Shown one piece after another: positions 33,976 to 44,610 of a DNA stretch of 52,185 nucleotides (positions are counted from its first letter, which is position 1; each line of letters starts with the position of its first letter). The notes beneath the pieces were generated by a model, which was not told the DNA's origin, searched no databases, and worked only from the letters and a program-made list of their open reading frames with translations. This stretch comes from Thermoanaerobaculia bacterium (GTDB taxonomy: Bacteria > Acidobacteriota > Thermoanaerobaculia > UBA5066). Location: contig JBAUSZ010000048.1 in NCBI GenBank assembly GCA_049581965.1, positions 1 through 52,185 on the forward strand, read 5' to 3'. The position numbers and the translations under genes are program-made.

Positions 33976-34892
33976 GCGACGAGCGCGGGGGGCTGCGCGT
34001 GACGTCGTTCGCGAAGATCAACCGAGAATTGCGCGTCCTCGGAAAGAGGCCGGACGGGTTCCACGAGCTCGACACCGTGTTCCAGACCGTGGACCTGACC
34101 GAAACCCTGGATTTGCTGGAAGAGGAAGAAGGCGGCGGGGAGGTCTCGCTCACGATCGAGGGCGCCGACCTTCCCGCGGACGGCAGCAATCTCGTCCTCC
34201 GCGCCGCCGCCGCTCTGCGCGAGCGGTTCAACGTGCGCCGAGGGGCCCGCATCCATCTTTCCAAGAAGATCCCGGTCGGAGGCGGTCTCGGCGGCGGCAG
34301 TTCAAATGCGGCGGCGGCTTTGAGGGGGCTGACCACGCTCTGGGACCTTCCGCTGGGGAAGAGAACCCTGCACGCCGTCGCGGCCTCCCTCGGCTCGGAC
34401 GTCCCTTTCTTCCTTCTCGGCGGCCGCGCGCGCGGCCAGGGCCGCGGGGAGGTCCTCACGCCGCTGCCCGACGGCCCCGAGGAGTGGGTCCTCCTCGTTT
34501 TCCCGCCCTTTTCCCTTTCCACGGCAGAGGTTTACGGCCGCCTCCCGGCCCGCGCCTTGACGGGAAGTCCTTCTGCCACTAAAGTTTCCGGTTCCGAGAC
34601 CGGTGGCGGGCCGGAGCGGAACGATCTCGAGCAGGCGGCGGAATCTCTCCGGGGAGAGTTGCGCCGCATCCGGTCCGCGCTCGCGGGATCCGGGGCGCGG
34701 AGCGCCCGGCTTTCCGGGAGCGGCTCGACCGTGTTCGGGACGTTCGGGACGAAGGACGAGGCCGCGAAGGCGCGGGAGTCGCTCGAGGGGCTCGGAAACG
34801 AGACGAAGGCAAAGATGACGATCGTGAAGACCGTTTCGAGGGCCGAGTTCGCGCGCCGCGCAACTCCGGTCCGGCTCGCGCAACGCGGATGA
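33972..34892 (+). CDS. ispE: 4-(cytidine 5'-diphospho)-2-C-methyl-D-erythritol kinase
   Basis: GTG overlaps the upstream TGA. AKINRELRVLGKRPDGFHELDTVFQTVDL, GHMP motif IPVGGGLGGGSSNAAAAL, and SGSGSTVFG. Confidence 0.9.
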   Translation: MSDERGGLRVTSFAKINRELRVLGKRPDGFHELDTVFQTVDLTETLDLLEEEEGGGEVSLTIEGADLPADGSNLVLRAAAALRERFNVRRGARIHLSKKIPVGGGLGGGSSNAAAALRGLTTLWDLPLGKRTLHAVAASLGSDVPFFLLGGRARGQGRGEVLTPLPDGPEEWVLLVFPPFSLSTAEVYGRLPARALTGSPSATKVSGSETGGGPERNDLEQAAESLRGELRRIRSALAGSGARSARLSGSGSTVFGTFGTKDEAAKARESLEGLGNETKAKMTIVKTVSRAEFARRATPVRLAQRG

Positions 34893-34929
34893 AAGCCGTC
34901 TGCGCGAAAATCCACGGAAGGCTTCCGGA

Positions 34930-35004
34930 TGGGGAGTCGACAAGTGGTAAGTCAGCGGTCTTTGGAACCGCCATTCGGAGGTTCGAATCCTCCCTCCCCA
35001 GCCA
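34930..35004 (+). tRNA. tRNA-Gln (anticodon UUG), CCA encoded
   Basis: Folds by eye as acceptor TGGGGAG/CTCCCCA, D arm GAC-AAGTGGTAA-GTC, anticodon arm GCGGT-CTTTGGA-ACCGC and T arm GGAGG-TTCGAAT-CCTCC. Aligns with E. coli tRNA-Gln. Confidence 0.95.
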
Positions 35005-35019
35005 TCCTTCCTGACGACG

Positions 35020-35973
35020 ATGGAGCGTTTCGCGTACGGTGAACTGAAAGTCTTCGGCGGCCGGGCTCACCCGGCGCTCACGGGCGAGATCTGCCGCAAC
35101 CTGGGACGCGAGGCGGGTCGGGTCACGCTCTACAGCTTCTCCGACGGCGAGAACTACTGCCAGATCGACGAGAACGTGCGCGGCGCGGACGTCTTCATCG
35201 TCCAGCCCACGGGGCCCCCGGCAAACCACAACATCATGGAACTTCTCATCATGCTCGACGCCTTCAAGCGCTCCTCGGCGTCGCGCGTGACGGCCGTGCT
35301 CCCGTACTACGGATACGCGCGGCAGGATCGCAAGGACAAGCCCCGCGTGCCGATCACCGCCAAGCTCGTGGCCGACCTCATCGTGGCGGCGGGCGCCGAC
35401 CGGGTGCTCTGCGTGGACCTCCATGCGGCCCAGATCCAGGGCTTCTTCAACATACCCGTCGACCACCTCTTCGCGGCGCCGGTTCTCCTCGACGCGATCC
35501 GAGACACGAGCCTCGACCCGCTCACGGTCGTCTCGCCAGACGCCGGCGGCGTCGAGCGCGCGCGCGCGTTCGCGAAGCGCCTCGGCGCCGGCCTCGCGAT
35601 CGTGGACAAGCGACGCAAGGGGAAGAACGAGGTGGAGGTCCTCCACGTCATCGGCGACGTGAGAGACCGAAACGTGATCGTCGTCGACGACATCATCGAC
35701 ACGGCCGGGACGCTCATCAACACGGTGATCGCCCTCAAGGACGCCGGGGCCCGGCGCATCTTCGCGGGCTGCGTCCACGCCGTCCTCTCCGGCCCCGCCA
35801 TCGACCGCATCAACGGCAGCCCGATCGAGCGCGTCTTCTGCGCGAACACCCTTCCCCTCGAGGAGAAGCTCGCGCGCTGCCCCCTCCTGACGCCGCTCTC
35901 GATCGCCCCGCTCCTCGCCGAGGCGATCCAGCGCATCCACCAGGGAGCGTCCGTCAGCTCGCTCTTCGTCTAA
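35020..35973 (+). CDS. prs: Ribose-phosphate pyrophosphokinase
   Basis: YARQDRK, and PRPP-binding loop VIVVDDIIDTAGT. Confidence 0.95.
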   Translation: MERFAYGELKVFGGRAHPALTGEICRNLGREAGRVTLYSFSDGENYCQIDENVRGADVFIVQPTGPPANHNIMELLIMLDAFKRSSASRVTAVLPYYGYARQDRKDKPRVPITAKLVADLIVAAGADRVLCVDLHAAQIQGFFNIPVDHLFAAPVLLDAIRDTSLDPLTVVSPDAGGVERARAFAKRLGAGLAIVDKRRKGKNEVEVLHVIGDVRDRNVIVVDDIIDTAGTLINTVIALKDAGARRIFAGCVHAVLSGPAIDRINGSPIERVFCANTLPLEEKLARCPLLTPLSIAPLLAEAIQRIHQGASVSSLFV

Positions 35974-36037
35974 CCGCCCCCGCCGGACCGCCCGCCCGGG
36001 AAATTCCTCCCGGACCGGGCGCCCGAAGAAAGGAAAC

Positions 36038-36808
36038 ATGCTCCAGGAAAACATCGTCGTCGAAGTCGAGAAGAGGCTCGAGACCGGCAAGAACGCCGCG
36101 AACCGCTTCCGCGCCAAGGACCTCATCCCCGCCGTCCTCTACGGCGGCGGCAAGGGAATGGACACGTGGCCGCTCACCGTCCCGCGCAAGACGCTCGCGA
36201 GCCTCCTCAACAAGGGCCTGCACGCGAACGCGATCTTCAAGTTGCGGCTCAAGGGCACCGAGCAGCAGCGCCACGTCATGATCCGCGACCTCACCCTCGA
36301 CCCGATCACGCGCGCGATGCTCCACGTGGATTTCGTCCGCGTGCTCCTCGACAAGAAGCTGCGGGTCAAGAGCGACATCGACGTCGTCGGCGTGCCGAAC
36401 GGCGTCAAGAACACGGGCGGAATCCTCAACATCGTGACGCACTCGATCCTCATCGAGTGCCTCCCGGCCGACATCCCCGAGTCGATCAAGATCGACGTCT
36501 CCGGAATGGAACTCCACGACTCTTTCCGCGTCTCCGACCTCAAAGTCGGCGACAGGATCAAGGTCCTCGAGAGCGCGGACCGCGTCCTCGCGCACGTCGG
36601 CGTGCCGAAGGCCGAGGAGGTTCCGGTCGCCGTCGTGGCCGCCGAACCGGGCGTCGAGGGCGTCGCCGCTCCTTCCGCCGAGCCCGAGGTGATCAAGAAG
36701 GGCAAGAAGGAAGAGGACGTCGTCGAGGCCGCTCCCGCCAAGGGCGCTCCCGCCAAGGCCGCTCCTGCGAAGGCCGAGGCCAAGGCCGAGAAGAAGGAAA
36801 AGAAATAG
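36038..36808 (+). CDS. rplY: 50S ribosomal protein L25 / general stress protein Ctc, with Lys/Ala-rich tail
   Basis: RFRAKDLIPAVLYGGG N-terminus and a two-domain Ctc form. The C-terminal tail is AAPAKGAPAKAAPAKAEAKAEKKEKK. Confidence 0.9.
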   Translation: MLQENIVVEVEKRLETGKNAANRFRAKDLIPAVLYGGGKGMDTWPLTVPRKTLASLLNKGLHANAIFKLRLKGTEQQRHVMIRDLTLDPITRAMLHVDFVRVLLDKKLRVKSDIDVVGVPNGVKNTGGILNIVTHSILIECLPADIPESIKIDVSGMELHDSFRVSDLKVGDRIKVLESADRVLAHVGVPKAEEVPVAVVAAEPGVEGVAAPSAEPEVIKKGKKEEDVVEAAPAKGAPAKAAPAKAEAKAEKKEKK

Positions 36809-36828
36809 GCACGGACGAACTCTTCCTC

Positions 36829-37422
36829 GTGGTGGGACTCGGCAACCCCGGCGACCGGTATTCCGGGACGCGGCACAACGTCGGCTTCGACGTCGTCGCG
36901 GCGTTCGCGAAGAGGGCCGCAGGCGGCCCGCCGCGCCTCGACCGACTCGACTGCCGCGCGCTGACCGGGCGGGTGCGGGTGGGGAGTCGCCCCGTTCTCG
37001 TCGCGCGGCCCCAGACCTACATGAACGCCTCCGGGGAGTCCGTCAAGGGACTCGCCCTGAAGTACGACGTGCCGCTCGAGCGCCTCATCGTCGTCCTCGA
37101 CGACGTCGCGCTGCCGGTCGGCTCGGTCCGCGTCCGCCGGGCGGGCTCGTCCGCCGGCCAGAAGGGACTCCAGTCCATCATCGACTGTTTCGGGACGCAG
37201 GAGTTCCCGCGCCTTCGCCTCGGCGTGCGCGGCGAGAACTTCCAGCCCGAAGAGCCGATGGACGACTATGTGCTCTCCCGCTTCTCGAAGAAAGAGCGCC
37301 CCGTGATCGACGAGGCGATCGCGACGGGCTGCGACGCCCTGGACGTCTTCGTCACGGACGGCATCGACGCCGCCATGAACCGCTTCAACCGTTCGCCCGA
37401 GGAATCCGCCCCGGCGAACTGA
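36829..37422 (+). CDS. pth: Peptidyl-tRNA hydrolase
   Basis: VVGLGNPGDRYSGTRHNVGF and YMNASGESV. There is no ATG near the N-terminus. GTG at 36829 is chosen; an in-frame ATA at 36805 is an alternative. Start uncertain by about 8 codons. Confidence 0.85.
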   Translation: MVGLGNPGDRYSGTRHNVGFDVVAAFAKRAAGGPPRLDRLDCRALTGRVRVGSRPVLVARPQTYMNASGESVKGLALKYDVPLERLIVVLDDVALPVGSVRVRRAGSSAGQKGLQSIIDCFGTQEFPRLRLGVRGENFQPEEPMDDYVLSRFSKKERPVIDEAIATGCDALDVFVTDGIDAAMNRFNRSPEESAPAN

Positions 37423-37510
37423 ATCACAACCTTGGCTCGGCACAGGACCACCGTCCACAGCCGCGCCTCGCGACGGGCCAGCTCGCCGCGATCCAGAAGG
37501 AGGAAATCCC

Positions 37511-37945
37511 GTGGTCACCCCGAACATCCAACGCCAGTACGACATGGTCTTCCTGGTCGTCCCCGAAAAAGACGAGGCCGGTGCCCAAGGCATCGTCGAG
37601 GACTTTCGTAAACTCCTCGTCGACAACGGCGCGACGATCGAGAAGGACGAGCCGATGGGCCGCCGCCGCCTCGCGTACACGATCAAGAAGAGAAACGAGG
37701 CGACGTATCACAACTTCCTGTTCCGCGGCTCTGCGGCCTGCGTCGCCGAGGTCCAGCGCAAGCTGCGCCTCTCGGAGGACATCCTCCGCTACCTGACCGT
37801 TCGCATCGACGAGGAGGTCAAGCACGGCCTCAAGGTCGCCCGCAACACGAAGCCGCGGCGTCCGCGTCCCGAGCCGACGGACGCTCCGTACGCCGCCCCG
37901 AGCGTCCCCGTCGCGCCGGAAGGCGCCGCGGAAGGGCGCGAGTAG
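37511..37945 (+). CDS. rpsF: 30S ribosomal protein S6
   Basis: GTG start after AAGGAGG. YDMVFLVVPE...WGRRRLAY-type core (PMGRRRLAYTIKK). Pro/Ala-rich C-terminal extension. Confidence 0.9.
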   Translation: MVTPNIQRQYDMVFLVVPEKDEAGAQGIVEDFRKLLVDNGATIEKDEPMGRRRLAYTIKKRNEATYHNFLFRGSAACVAEVQRKLRLSEDILRYLTVRIDEEVKHGLKVARNTKPRRPRPEPTDAPYAAPSVPVAPEGAAEGRE

Positions 37946-37954
37946 GAGATCGCC

Positions 37955-38206
37955 ATGGCCGCACCGATCCGAAAGCCCGCCAAGAAGAAGTTCTTCGTTC
38001 GCCGCAAGCGCGTCTGCAAGTTCACGGTGGAGAAGATCGGCTACATCGACTTCAAGGACGTGAAGCTCCTCGCGGGCTTCGTCCCCGAGCGCGCCAAGAT
38101 CCTCCCGCGCCGCATCAGCGGGACCTCCGCGTTCTACCAGCGCAAGCTCGCCACGGCGATCAAGCGCGCCCGGTACCTCGCGCTGCTCCCCTACGTGTCT
38201 GATTAG
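37955..38206 (+). CDS. rpsR: 30S ribosomal protein S18
   Basis: [51 protein letters not shown]. Confidence 0.95.
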   Translation: MAAPIRKPAKKKFFVRRKRVCKFTVEKIGYIDFKDVKLLAGFVPERAKILPRRISGTSAFYQRKLATAIKRARYLALLPYVSD

Positions 38207-38246
38207 GAAATCGTTCTCCGCCTTCTGGGCGGCGCTGGCCGCGGCC

Positions 38247-39164
38247 GTGACCGCCGCGGCGCCGCCTTTCGGAGTCTTCCTGCTGCCCTTCGCGGCGGGG
38301 CGCCTCGGCGTTGCCGCGCTCACGACCGAGCAGCCGGCGTGGGGGTTCCTCCTTCCGGCCTGCGCGCCGCCTCTCGCGCTCCTGCTCGGCGCCCTCCTCG
38401 CCCCCGGAGCCGCGGGAGCGGCATTCGTCGTCGCAACGGCGTTCGTCTCGCTCCCGGCGGCCGCCCTCTATGCGACGGGGCAGGGCGGGCTCCGTCGCGA
38501 CCGCGTGCTCCTCGTCGTGTTCGCCGTGACGGGCATCGGCGCCCTCGCGGCTTTGCTGGGCGCGCAGGTTGCGACGGGGCGGGATCCCGGCGAAGCGGCC
38601 GCGGCGCGCTGGGCCGCGGCCGTCCCCGAGATGCTCGGCACCTACCGCTCGAGCGGGTGGGGGGAGTCGTCCCTCGCGACCGTTTCGCGGCTCTTCGAGA
38701 TCCTCCGGGTGACGCTCCGGGACCAGCTTCCGGGGATCGTCCTCGCGGTCGCGATGGTTCACGCGGCTCTCGTCGTCTACGGCTTCGCGCGAGCGTCGGG
38801 GATTGCCGGCGCCGAGTGGGAGGAGACGTCCTTCAGCCGGTTCCGGACTCCGCTCGCCGCCGCGGCCCTGTTCGTCCCGGCGGGCCTCCTCGCGGCCGTG
38901 GGCGGGCCGGACCTGCGCCGGCCCGCCGTGGACGTTCTCCTGCCTCTCGCCGTCTTGTTTTTTCTGCGGGGGCTCGCCATAATCCGCGCTCTTCTCGACC
39001 GGGGAAGAGCCGGCCTCATCGGCCGGGCGCTCGTCTATGCGCTGGTCTTTCAGATGCCGTTTCCCTTCCTCCTCGCGCTCGGGGGGCTCTTCGACGAGTT
39101 CGTCGACGTCCGGGCGCGGCTCGACCGGCTTCCTCCGGCGGGCGGCGGGCCGGACGGCTTCTGA
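38247..39164 (+). CDS. DUF2232 (YybS-like) integral membrane protein
   Basis: Polytopic hydrophobic protein located between rpsR and rplI, as yybS is in Bacillus. The frame stays open and hydrophobic upstream ([12 protein letters not shown] from 38211), so the true start may be a non-canonical codon (ATT 38202 or CTG 38235). Confidence 0.65.
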   Translation: MTAAAPPFGVFLLPFAAGRLGVAALTTEQPAWGFLLPACAPPLALLLGALLAPGAAGAAFVVATAFVSLPAAALYATGQGGLRRDRVLLVVFAVTGIGALAALLGAQVATGRDPGEAAAARWAAAVPEMLGTYRSSGWGESSLATVSRLFEILRVTLRDQLPGIVLAVAMVHAALVVYGFARASGIAGAEWEETSFSRFRTPLAAAALFVPAGLLAAVGGPDLRRPAVDVLLPLAVLFFLRGLAIIRALLDRGRAGLIGRALVYALVFQMPFPFLLALGGLFDEFVDVRARLDRLPPAGGGPDGF

Positions 39165-39214
39165 GAGCGGCAGAACGACATGAAGATCCCGACAGAGAAC
39201 CGAGGAGTCCCGCG

Positions 39215-39667
39215 ATGAAAGTGGTCCTGACCGACGACGTGAAGGGGCTGGGGCACCGGGGCGACGTCGTGAACGTCGCCGACGGCTACGGCCGCAACTT
39301 CCTGCTTCCGAAGACGCTCGCGTACCCGGCGACGCCCGGAAACCTCAAGCGCCTCGAACAGGAGAAGAAGCGCTACGACGTCCGCGTCGCGAAGGAGAAG
39401 GAACAGGCCGAGGTGATCGCGAAGTCCGTCGAGGGGACGACGATCGTCCTCCACAAGAAGGCGGGCGAGGGCGACCACCTCTACGGCTCGGTGACGGCGG
39501 CGGAAGTCGCCGACGGCCTCGCCGCCAAGGGCATCACGGTCGACAAGCGCCGCGTCGAGCTCGAGGAGCCCATCAAGCGCCTCGGCACGCACACGGTCCA
39601 CGTCAAGCTCCACAAGGACGTGACCGTCGGCGTGACCGTCGAGGTCCTTCCGATCGCGGCGGTTTGA
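39215..39667 (+). CDS. rplI: 50S ribosomal protein L9
   Basis: [33 protein letters not shown]. Confidence 0.95.
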   Translation: MKVVLTDDVKGLGHRGDVVNVADGYGRNFLLPKTLAYPATPGNLKRLEQEKKRYDVRVAKEKEQAEVIAKSVEGTTIVLHKKAGEGDHLYGSVTAAEVADGLAAKGITVDKRRVELEEPIKRLGTHTVHVKLHKDVTVGVTVEVLPIAAV

Positions 39668-39686
39668 GAAGGACGGCCGTTTTCCT

Positions 39687-42110
39687 TCAGCCCGGGGGCC
39701 CGCCCTCCTTGCCCGGCTTCGGGGGCGGGGCCGCGAGCTTCGGGGCGTCCGTGAGCGTGACCTCGTCGCCCTTCGTCTCGCCGCGCTTGGGTGCGTAGAG
39801 CGCGCGCTGCAGGTACTGCGGGAGATTCGCGACCGCGTGCGGCTGGTCTCCGCACATCTCGGTCGGCTGCGTCCCGTTCACGAACGCCATGAGGACGACC
39901 TTCGAGCAACCGGGAGTGGCGCGGTAGCCGGTCGCCTCGTCCACGGGCACGAGGACGATGCCGGGCGGCGTCTCGAAGTCGTCGGCCTCGGTGACGACGG
40001 CCTCCGCCTTCATCCGCTCGGCGATCTTCATGAAGATCGGGAGCGCGACCTCGCCGCCTTGCGCGTGGACGCCGCCCGCGAGGGGCTTGCGCGTGTCGTG
40101 TCCGACCCAGACCGCGATCGTGTACTTCGGCGTCATTCCGATGAACCACGCGTCCGAGTAGTCGTTCGTCGTGCCCGTCTTGCCCGCGAGGTTCAGGCCG
40201 AGCCGGGCCGCGGACGCGGCCGTTCCGCGCTGCGTGACGCCCCGCATCATCCCGAGCAGGACGTAAGCCGACGCCGGCGACGTCGCTTCGCGGGGCTCGG
40301 GACTCCACTGCTCGAGCGTGACGCCGTCGGCGTTGCGGATCTTCTCGATGAAAGCGGGCTTGTAGACGAGGCCGCCGCTCGCGACGGACGCGTACGCCGA
40401 GGCCATCTCCATCGGCGTCACCTCGAACGCTCCGAGGGCGAGCGACGGGTACGCAAGGAGGTTCTGCCGGATCCCGAGGCGCCGGGCCGTCTCGACGACG
40501 GCCTTCGTGCCGACGAGGAGGTCGACTCGCACGGTCGCGAGGTTGACGGAGTGCTCGAGCGCGTACTGATAGGTCACGATTCCGTGGTACTGGCGCTCGA
40601 AGTTCTGCGGTTCCCAGGGCTCCTGCTTCGGATCGACCGTGATCGAGATTGGCGCGTCGAGGACGGTGTCGGCCGGCGTGAATCCCTGCTCGATCGCCGT
40701 GAGGTAGACGACGGGCTTGAACGCCGAGCCCACCTGGCGGAGCGCCTGCACGGCGCGATCGAACTTCGACTTGTTGAAGTCGTAGCCGCCGACGAGCGCG
40801 CGAACGGCGCCCGTGCCGTTCTCGAGAATCACGGCGGCGCCCTCGACGTTCGGGTCCTGCGAGACGATGGTCTCGGCCTTGCCCGCCTCGTTCGGGACGG
40901 ACTCGATCTGGACGACGTCACCCCGCCTGACGGCCTTCGCGGGGCTGCCGGCGCGCGTCCACGCGAACGCCGAAGGGCCCAGCGTGAAGCGCCGGTCGCC
41001 GACGCGCACCTCGGCCCCGGCCTTCGACGCGGAGAGAACGACCGCCGTCAGGACGTCGGCCCCCCCTCCGTCTTCCCAGGACGGGTCTTTCCATGTGTCG
41101 GGATCGAGGCCTTCCGCGACGAGGTTGCGCGGCTTGCGGAACCCGGAGCGCCGGTCCTGGCGCCTGAGGCCCCAGCGGAGCGCATCCTCGGCCCAGCGCT
41201 GGAAACGCGGATCGAGCGTCGAGTCCACGCGCAGTCCCTCGCGGTACAGCTCCGTCTCGCCGTACTGTTTCTCGAGGTACTGCCGCACCTCCTCGCAGAA
41301 GTACGGACCCACGGTGAACTCCCGCGTCCCCTTCGCGACCTCGATCGGCGTCGCGGCCGCGGCGGCGCGCTGCGCCTCCGTGATGTAACTCTCCTCGCGC
41401 ATGCGCCTCAGGACGAAGTCGCGCCGGGATTTTGCCGCGGAAGCGCTGCGCAGGGGCGAGTAGTACGCGGGGCGCTGGATGATCCCGGCCAGGAGCGCCG
41501 CCTCGGGCAGCGTGAGCGCGCCGGCTGGATGGCCGAAGTACCAGCGCGACGCGGCCTCGACCCCGTAGTTCCCGTGCCCGAACGGGATCTGGTTGAGGTA
41601 CATCGTGAGGATCTGGTCCTTCGAGTACTGGCGTTCGATCTCGATCGTCAGGAAAGCCTCGTTCACCTTCCGCGCGATCGTTTTCTCGGGGGACAAGAAC
41701 ACGGCACGCGCCAGCTGTTGGGTGAGAGTCGACGCTCCCTGCGACATCCGGCGCGTCGCGATGTCCTTCAGGAGAGCGCCGCCGATCCGCACGAGGTCGA
41801 TCCCGCTGTGGTCGAAAAAGCGCGCGTCCTCGGCCGCGAGAAGCGCCCGGACCATGACGTCGGGAATGTCCTTGCGCGCGACGAGGACGCGGCGCTCGAT
41901 CGCGAAGCGCGCGATCGTCGAGCCGTCCGCGCCTCGGATCTCCGTCACGATGTCGGGTCGGTACGTCGCGAGCTCGGAGACCTTCGGGATGCGGATCGCG
42001 CGCGAGAGTCCGTACCCCGCGGCAACGCCGAGGCCGGCGACGAGGAGGACGGGGACGACGAGAACGGCGAGGGCCGCGACGCGGCGTGCGCTCACGGCCC
42101 ATTCTCGCAC
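39687..42110 (-). CDS. Class A penicillin-binding protein (PBP1A family; glycosyltransferase + transpeptidase)
   Basis: GT51 motifs [20 protein letters not shown] and RKVNE. Transpeptidase motifs SAFKP, SVN and KTGTT. N-terminal TM anchor. Confidence 0.9.
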   Translation of the reverse strand: MREWAVSARRVAALAVLVVPVLLVAGLGVAAGYGLSRAIRIPKVSELATYRPDIVTEIRGADGSTIARFAIERRVLVARKDIPDVMVRALLAAEDARFFDHSGIDLVRIGGALLKDIATRRMSQGASTLTQQLARAVFLSPEKTIARKVNEAFLTIEIERQYSKDQILTMYLNQIPFGHGNYGVEAASRWYFGHPAGALTLPEAALLAGIIQRPAYYSPLRSASAAKSRRDFVLRRMREESYITEAQRAAAAATPIEVAKGTREFTVGPYFCEEVRQYLEKQYGETELYREGLRVDSTLDPRFQRWAEDALRWGLRRQDRRSGFRKPRNLVAEGLDPDTWKDPSWEDGGGADVLTAVVLSASKAGAEVRVGDRRFTLGPSAFAWTRAGSPAKAVRRGDVVQIESVPNEAGKAETIVSQDPNVEGAAVILENGTGAVRALVGGYDFNKSKFDRAVQALRQVGSAFKPVVYLTAIEQGFTPADTVLDAPISITVDPKQEPWEPQNFERQYHGIVTYQYALEHSVNLATVRVDLLVGTKAVVETARRLGIRQNLLAYPSLALGAFEVTPMEMASAYASVASGGLVYKPAFIEKIRNADGVTLEQWSPEPREATSPASAYVLLGMMRGVTQRGTAASAARLGLNLAGKTGTTNDYSDAWFIGMTPKYTIAVWVGHDTRKPLAGGVHAQGGEVALPIFMKIAERMKAEAVVTEADDFETPPGIVLVPVDEATGYRATPGCSKVVLMAFVNGTQPTEMCGDQPHAVANLPQYLQRALYAPKRGETKGDEVTLTDAPKLAAPPPKPGKEGGPPG

Positions 42111-42148
42111 GCGGGAAACGCGTGGTACCGTCTCGCCGCGGAGGACGA

Positions 42149-42613
42149 ATGGCCGAGGAACCCGTGCCGCCGGTGCCGGCGCCGCAGATCCCGAAGCTCC
42201 CCACGACCCTGCCCTTCGAGGACGAGGCCGCGCGCGGCCGGCGCCAGGGCTGCCTCAAGTGGGGCCTCGTCGGGTGCGCCGGGGCGTCCGTCCTCGTGAT
42301 CGTCGGCCTCCTGTTCATCCTGTCGAACGCCAAGAAGCTCATGGGCCTCGCGTTCGAGAAGATCGGCGACCAGGTCGTCGCCGCCGCCGCTCCGGAGGTG
42401 ACTCCCGCCGACAAGGAGCGCTTCCGGACGAGCCTGACCGCGTTCGCCGAGCGGGCGAAGTCCGGCAAGGTACAGCCCGCCGTCGTCCAGGCCTGGCAGA
42501 CGCGCGTGTCGAGCGCGCTCGCGGACGGCCGCGTCACGGGAGACGAGATCCGGAGCCTCACGATGTGGCTCGACACGTCCGGCGCCGCGCCGCCGCCCGC
42601 CCCGGCTCCGTAA
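42149..42613 (+). CDS. Hypothetical single-pass membrane protein
   Basis: ATG at 42149. One TM ([21 protein letters not shown]), a helical C-terminal domain and a Pro/Ala tail. No family recognised. Confidence 0.5.
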   Translation: MAEEPVPPVPAPQIPKLPTTLPFEDEAARGRRQGCLKWGLVGCAGASVLVIVGLLFILSNAKKLMGLAFEKIGDQVVAAAAPEVTPADKERFRTSLTAFAERAKSGKVQPAVVQAWQTRVSSALADGRVTGDEIRSLTMWLDTSGAAPPPAPAP

Positions 42614-42618
42614 GGCAC

Positions 42619-44601
42619 GTGCCCGACTTCCAGGTCCTCTCCCCGCTCACGCCGCAGGGCGACCAGCCGCACGCGATCGAGCAGCTCGTCGCGGGGTTTC
42701 GCGAGGGACGCGAGAGGCAGGTCCTCCTCGGCGTCACCGGCTCGGGCAAGACCTTCACGATGGCGAAGGTCGTCGAGGCGCTCAACCGCCCGACGCTCGT
42801 CCTGTCGCACAACAAGACGCTCGCGGCGCAGCTCTACCAGGAGTTCCGGTCGTTCTTCCCGAAGAACCGCGTCGAGTACTTCGTCTCCTACTACGACTAC
42901 TACCAGCCCGAGGCCTACGTGCCGCAGTCGGACACGTACATCGAGAAGGAGACCCAGATCAACGACGAGATCGACAAGCTGAGGATCGCGGCGACGGCCG
43001 CGCTCTTCGAGCGGCGCGACGTCCTCATCGTGGCCTCGGTCTCGTGCATCTACGGCCTCGGGAGCCCCGAGTCGTTCGGGAAGATGGCGATCGAGTTCGA
43101 CAAGGGCGCGAAGTACGGGATGACGTGGTACCTCAAGCGTCTCGTCGAAGCACAGTACGAGCGCACGAACCTCGACCTTTCGCGGGGGACCTTCCGGGTG
43201 CGCGGCGACGTGCTCGACGTCCTCCCGTCCTACGAGGACCTCGGCCTGAGGGTCGAGCTCTTCGGGGACGAAATCGAGCGGATCACGCGTTTCGAGGTCG
43301 TGACGGGGAAGAGCGTCGGCGAGATCGCGCGCTTCGAGCTCTTCCCGAAGTCTCACTACGTGACGCCCGAGGAAACGCGCACGCGCGCGCTCGGCTCCAT
43401 CGAGGCCGAGCTCGTCGTGCGGCTCGAAGAGCTCAAGGTCCAGAACAAGCTCCTCGAGGCCCGGCGGCTCGAGCAGAGGACGCGCTTCGACCTCGAGATG
43501 ATGCGCGAGATCGGCTACTGCGCGGGGATCGAGAACTATTCCCGCCACCTCTCGGGCCGCAGGCCGGGGGAGCCGCCGCCGACGCTCCTCGACTACTTCC
43601 CGTCCGACTACCTCACGATCGTGGACGAGAGCCACCAGACCATCCCCCAGGTGCGTGCGATGTACCACGGCGACCAGTCGCGCAAGGGGACGCTCGTCGA
43701 GTACGGTTTCCGCCTGCCGTCGGCCCTCGACAACCGGCCGCTCAAGTTCGAGGAGTGGCTCGAGCGGACGGGCCAGCGCCTGTTCGTCTCGGCGACGCCC
43801 GCGGCCTACGAGCTCCAGGAAACGGGCGGCGAGGTCGTCGAGCAGATCCTGCGGCCCACGGGCCTGCTCGACCCGCCGATCGAGGTGCGGCCGGTCAAGG
43901 GGCAGGTGGACGACCTCCTCTCGCGCGTGAAGGAGCGGGCCCTAAAGAACGAGCGCACGCTCGTTACGACGCTCACGAAGCGCATGGCGGAGGACCTCAC
44001 GAACTACTTCCTCGAGCTGGGCGTGCGCGTGCGGTACCTCCACAGCGACATCGAGACGCTCGAGCGCGTCCAGATCGTGGGGGACTTCCGCCGCGGCGTC
44101 TTCGACGCTCTCGTGGGCGTCAACCTCCTGCGCGAGGGGCTCGACCTTCCCGAGGTGTCCCTCGTCGCGGTCCTCGACGCGGACAAGGAAGGCTTCTTGA
44201 GGTCCGAGACCTCTCTCATCCAGACGGCGGGCCGCGCGGCGCGCAACGTGAACGGAATTGCCGTCTTCTACGCCGACAGGGTCACGGACTCCATGCGGCG
44301 GGCGATGAGCGAGACCGAGCGGCGGCGCAAGCTCCAGAGCGCGTGGAACAGCGAGCACGGAATCGTGCCCGAGTCGATCGTGAAGGCGGTCGACTCGCCA
44401 CTCCTCCAGATGGCCGAACTCGACTACCTCGAGCCCAGCCGCCTCGACCGCCGCCCCAAGGCCAAGGACGCGCCCTCTCTCGACCGCGAGATCGCGGACC
44501 TCGAGAAGGAGATGAAGGTCGCGGCCAAGGAGCTGGAATTCGAGAAGGCCGCGCAGCTCCGCGACCGGATCCGCGAGCTCAGGCAGATGAAGCTGTTCTG
44601 A
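42619..44601 (+). CDS. uvrB: Excinuclease ABC subunit B
   Basis: GTG start. [12 protein letters not shown] Walker [11 protein letters not shown] beta-hairpin region, and the C-terminal UVR motif [11 protein letters not shown]. Confidence 0.95.
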   Translation: MPDFQVLSPLTPQGDQPHAIEQLVAGFREGRERQVLLGVTGSGKTFTMAKVVEALNRPTLVLSHNKTLAAQLYQEFRSFFPKNRVEYFVSYYDYYQPEAYVPQSDTYIEKETQINDEIDKLRIAATAALFERRDVLIVASVSCIYGLGSPESFGKMAIEFDKGAKYGMTWYLKRLVEAQYERTNLDLSRGTFRVRGDVLDVLPSYEDLGLRVELFGDEIERITRFEVVTGKSVGEIARFELFPKSHYVTPEETRTRALGSIEAELVVRLEELKVQNKLLEARRLEQRTRFDLEMMREIGYCAGIENYSRHLSGRRPGEPPPTLLDYFPSDYLTIVDESHQTIPQVRAMYHGDQSRKGTLVEYGFRLPSALDNRPLKFEEWLERTGQRLFVSATPAAYELQETGGEVVEQILRPTGLLDPPIEVRPVKGQVDDLLSRVKERALKNERTLVTTLTKRMAEDLTNYFLELGVRVRYLHSDIETLERVQIVGDFRRGVFDALVGVNLLREGLDLPEVSLVAVLDADKEGFLRSETSLIQTAGRAARNVNGIAVFYADRVTDSMRRAMSETERRRKLQSAWNSEHGIVPESIVKAVDSPLLQMAELDYLEPSRLDRRPKAKDAPSLDREIADLEKEMKVAAKELEFEKAAQLRDRIRELRQMKLF

Positions 44602-44610
44602 CGGGGCCGT

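Noticed and set aside
34930-35004. tRNA-Gln as a possible integration hotspot or genomic-island boundary.
   Set aside because: There is no integrase, no direct repeat of the tRNA 3' end and no compositional shift nearby. The flanking genes (ispE, prs) are conserved housekeeping neighbours.
37423-37510. Possible S6:S18-binding autoregulatory leader upstream of rpsF.
   Set aside because: The 88-nt spacer has a good SD (AAGGAGG), but I cannot identify the conserved hairpin or CCG bulge of the described rpsF leader by eye. This needs a covariance-model search.
39668-39688. Hairpin GAAGGA-cggccgttt-TCCTTC between convergent rplI and PBP1A as a bidirectional terminator.
   Set aside because: The stem is only 6 bp and weak, with a 9-nt loop and no U-tract on either strand. 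It also overlaps the PBP1A stop codon. This is insufficient to call.
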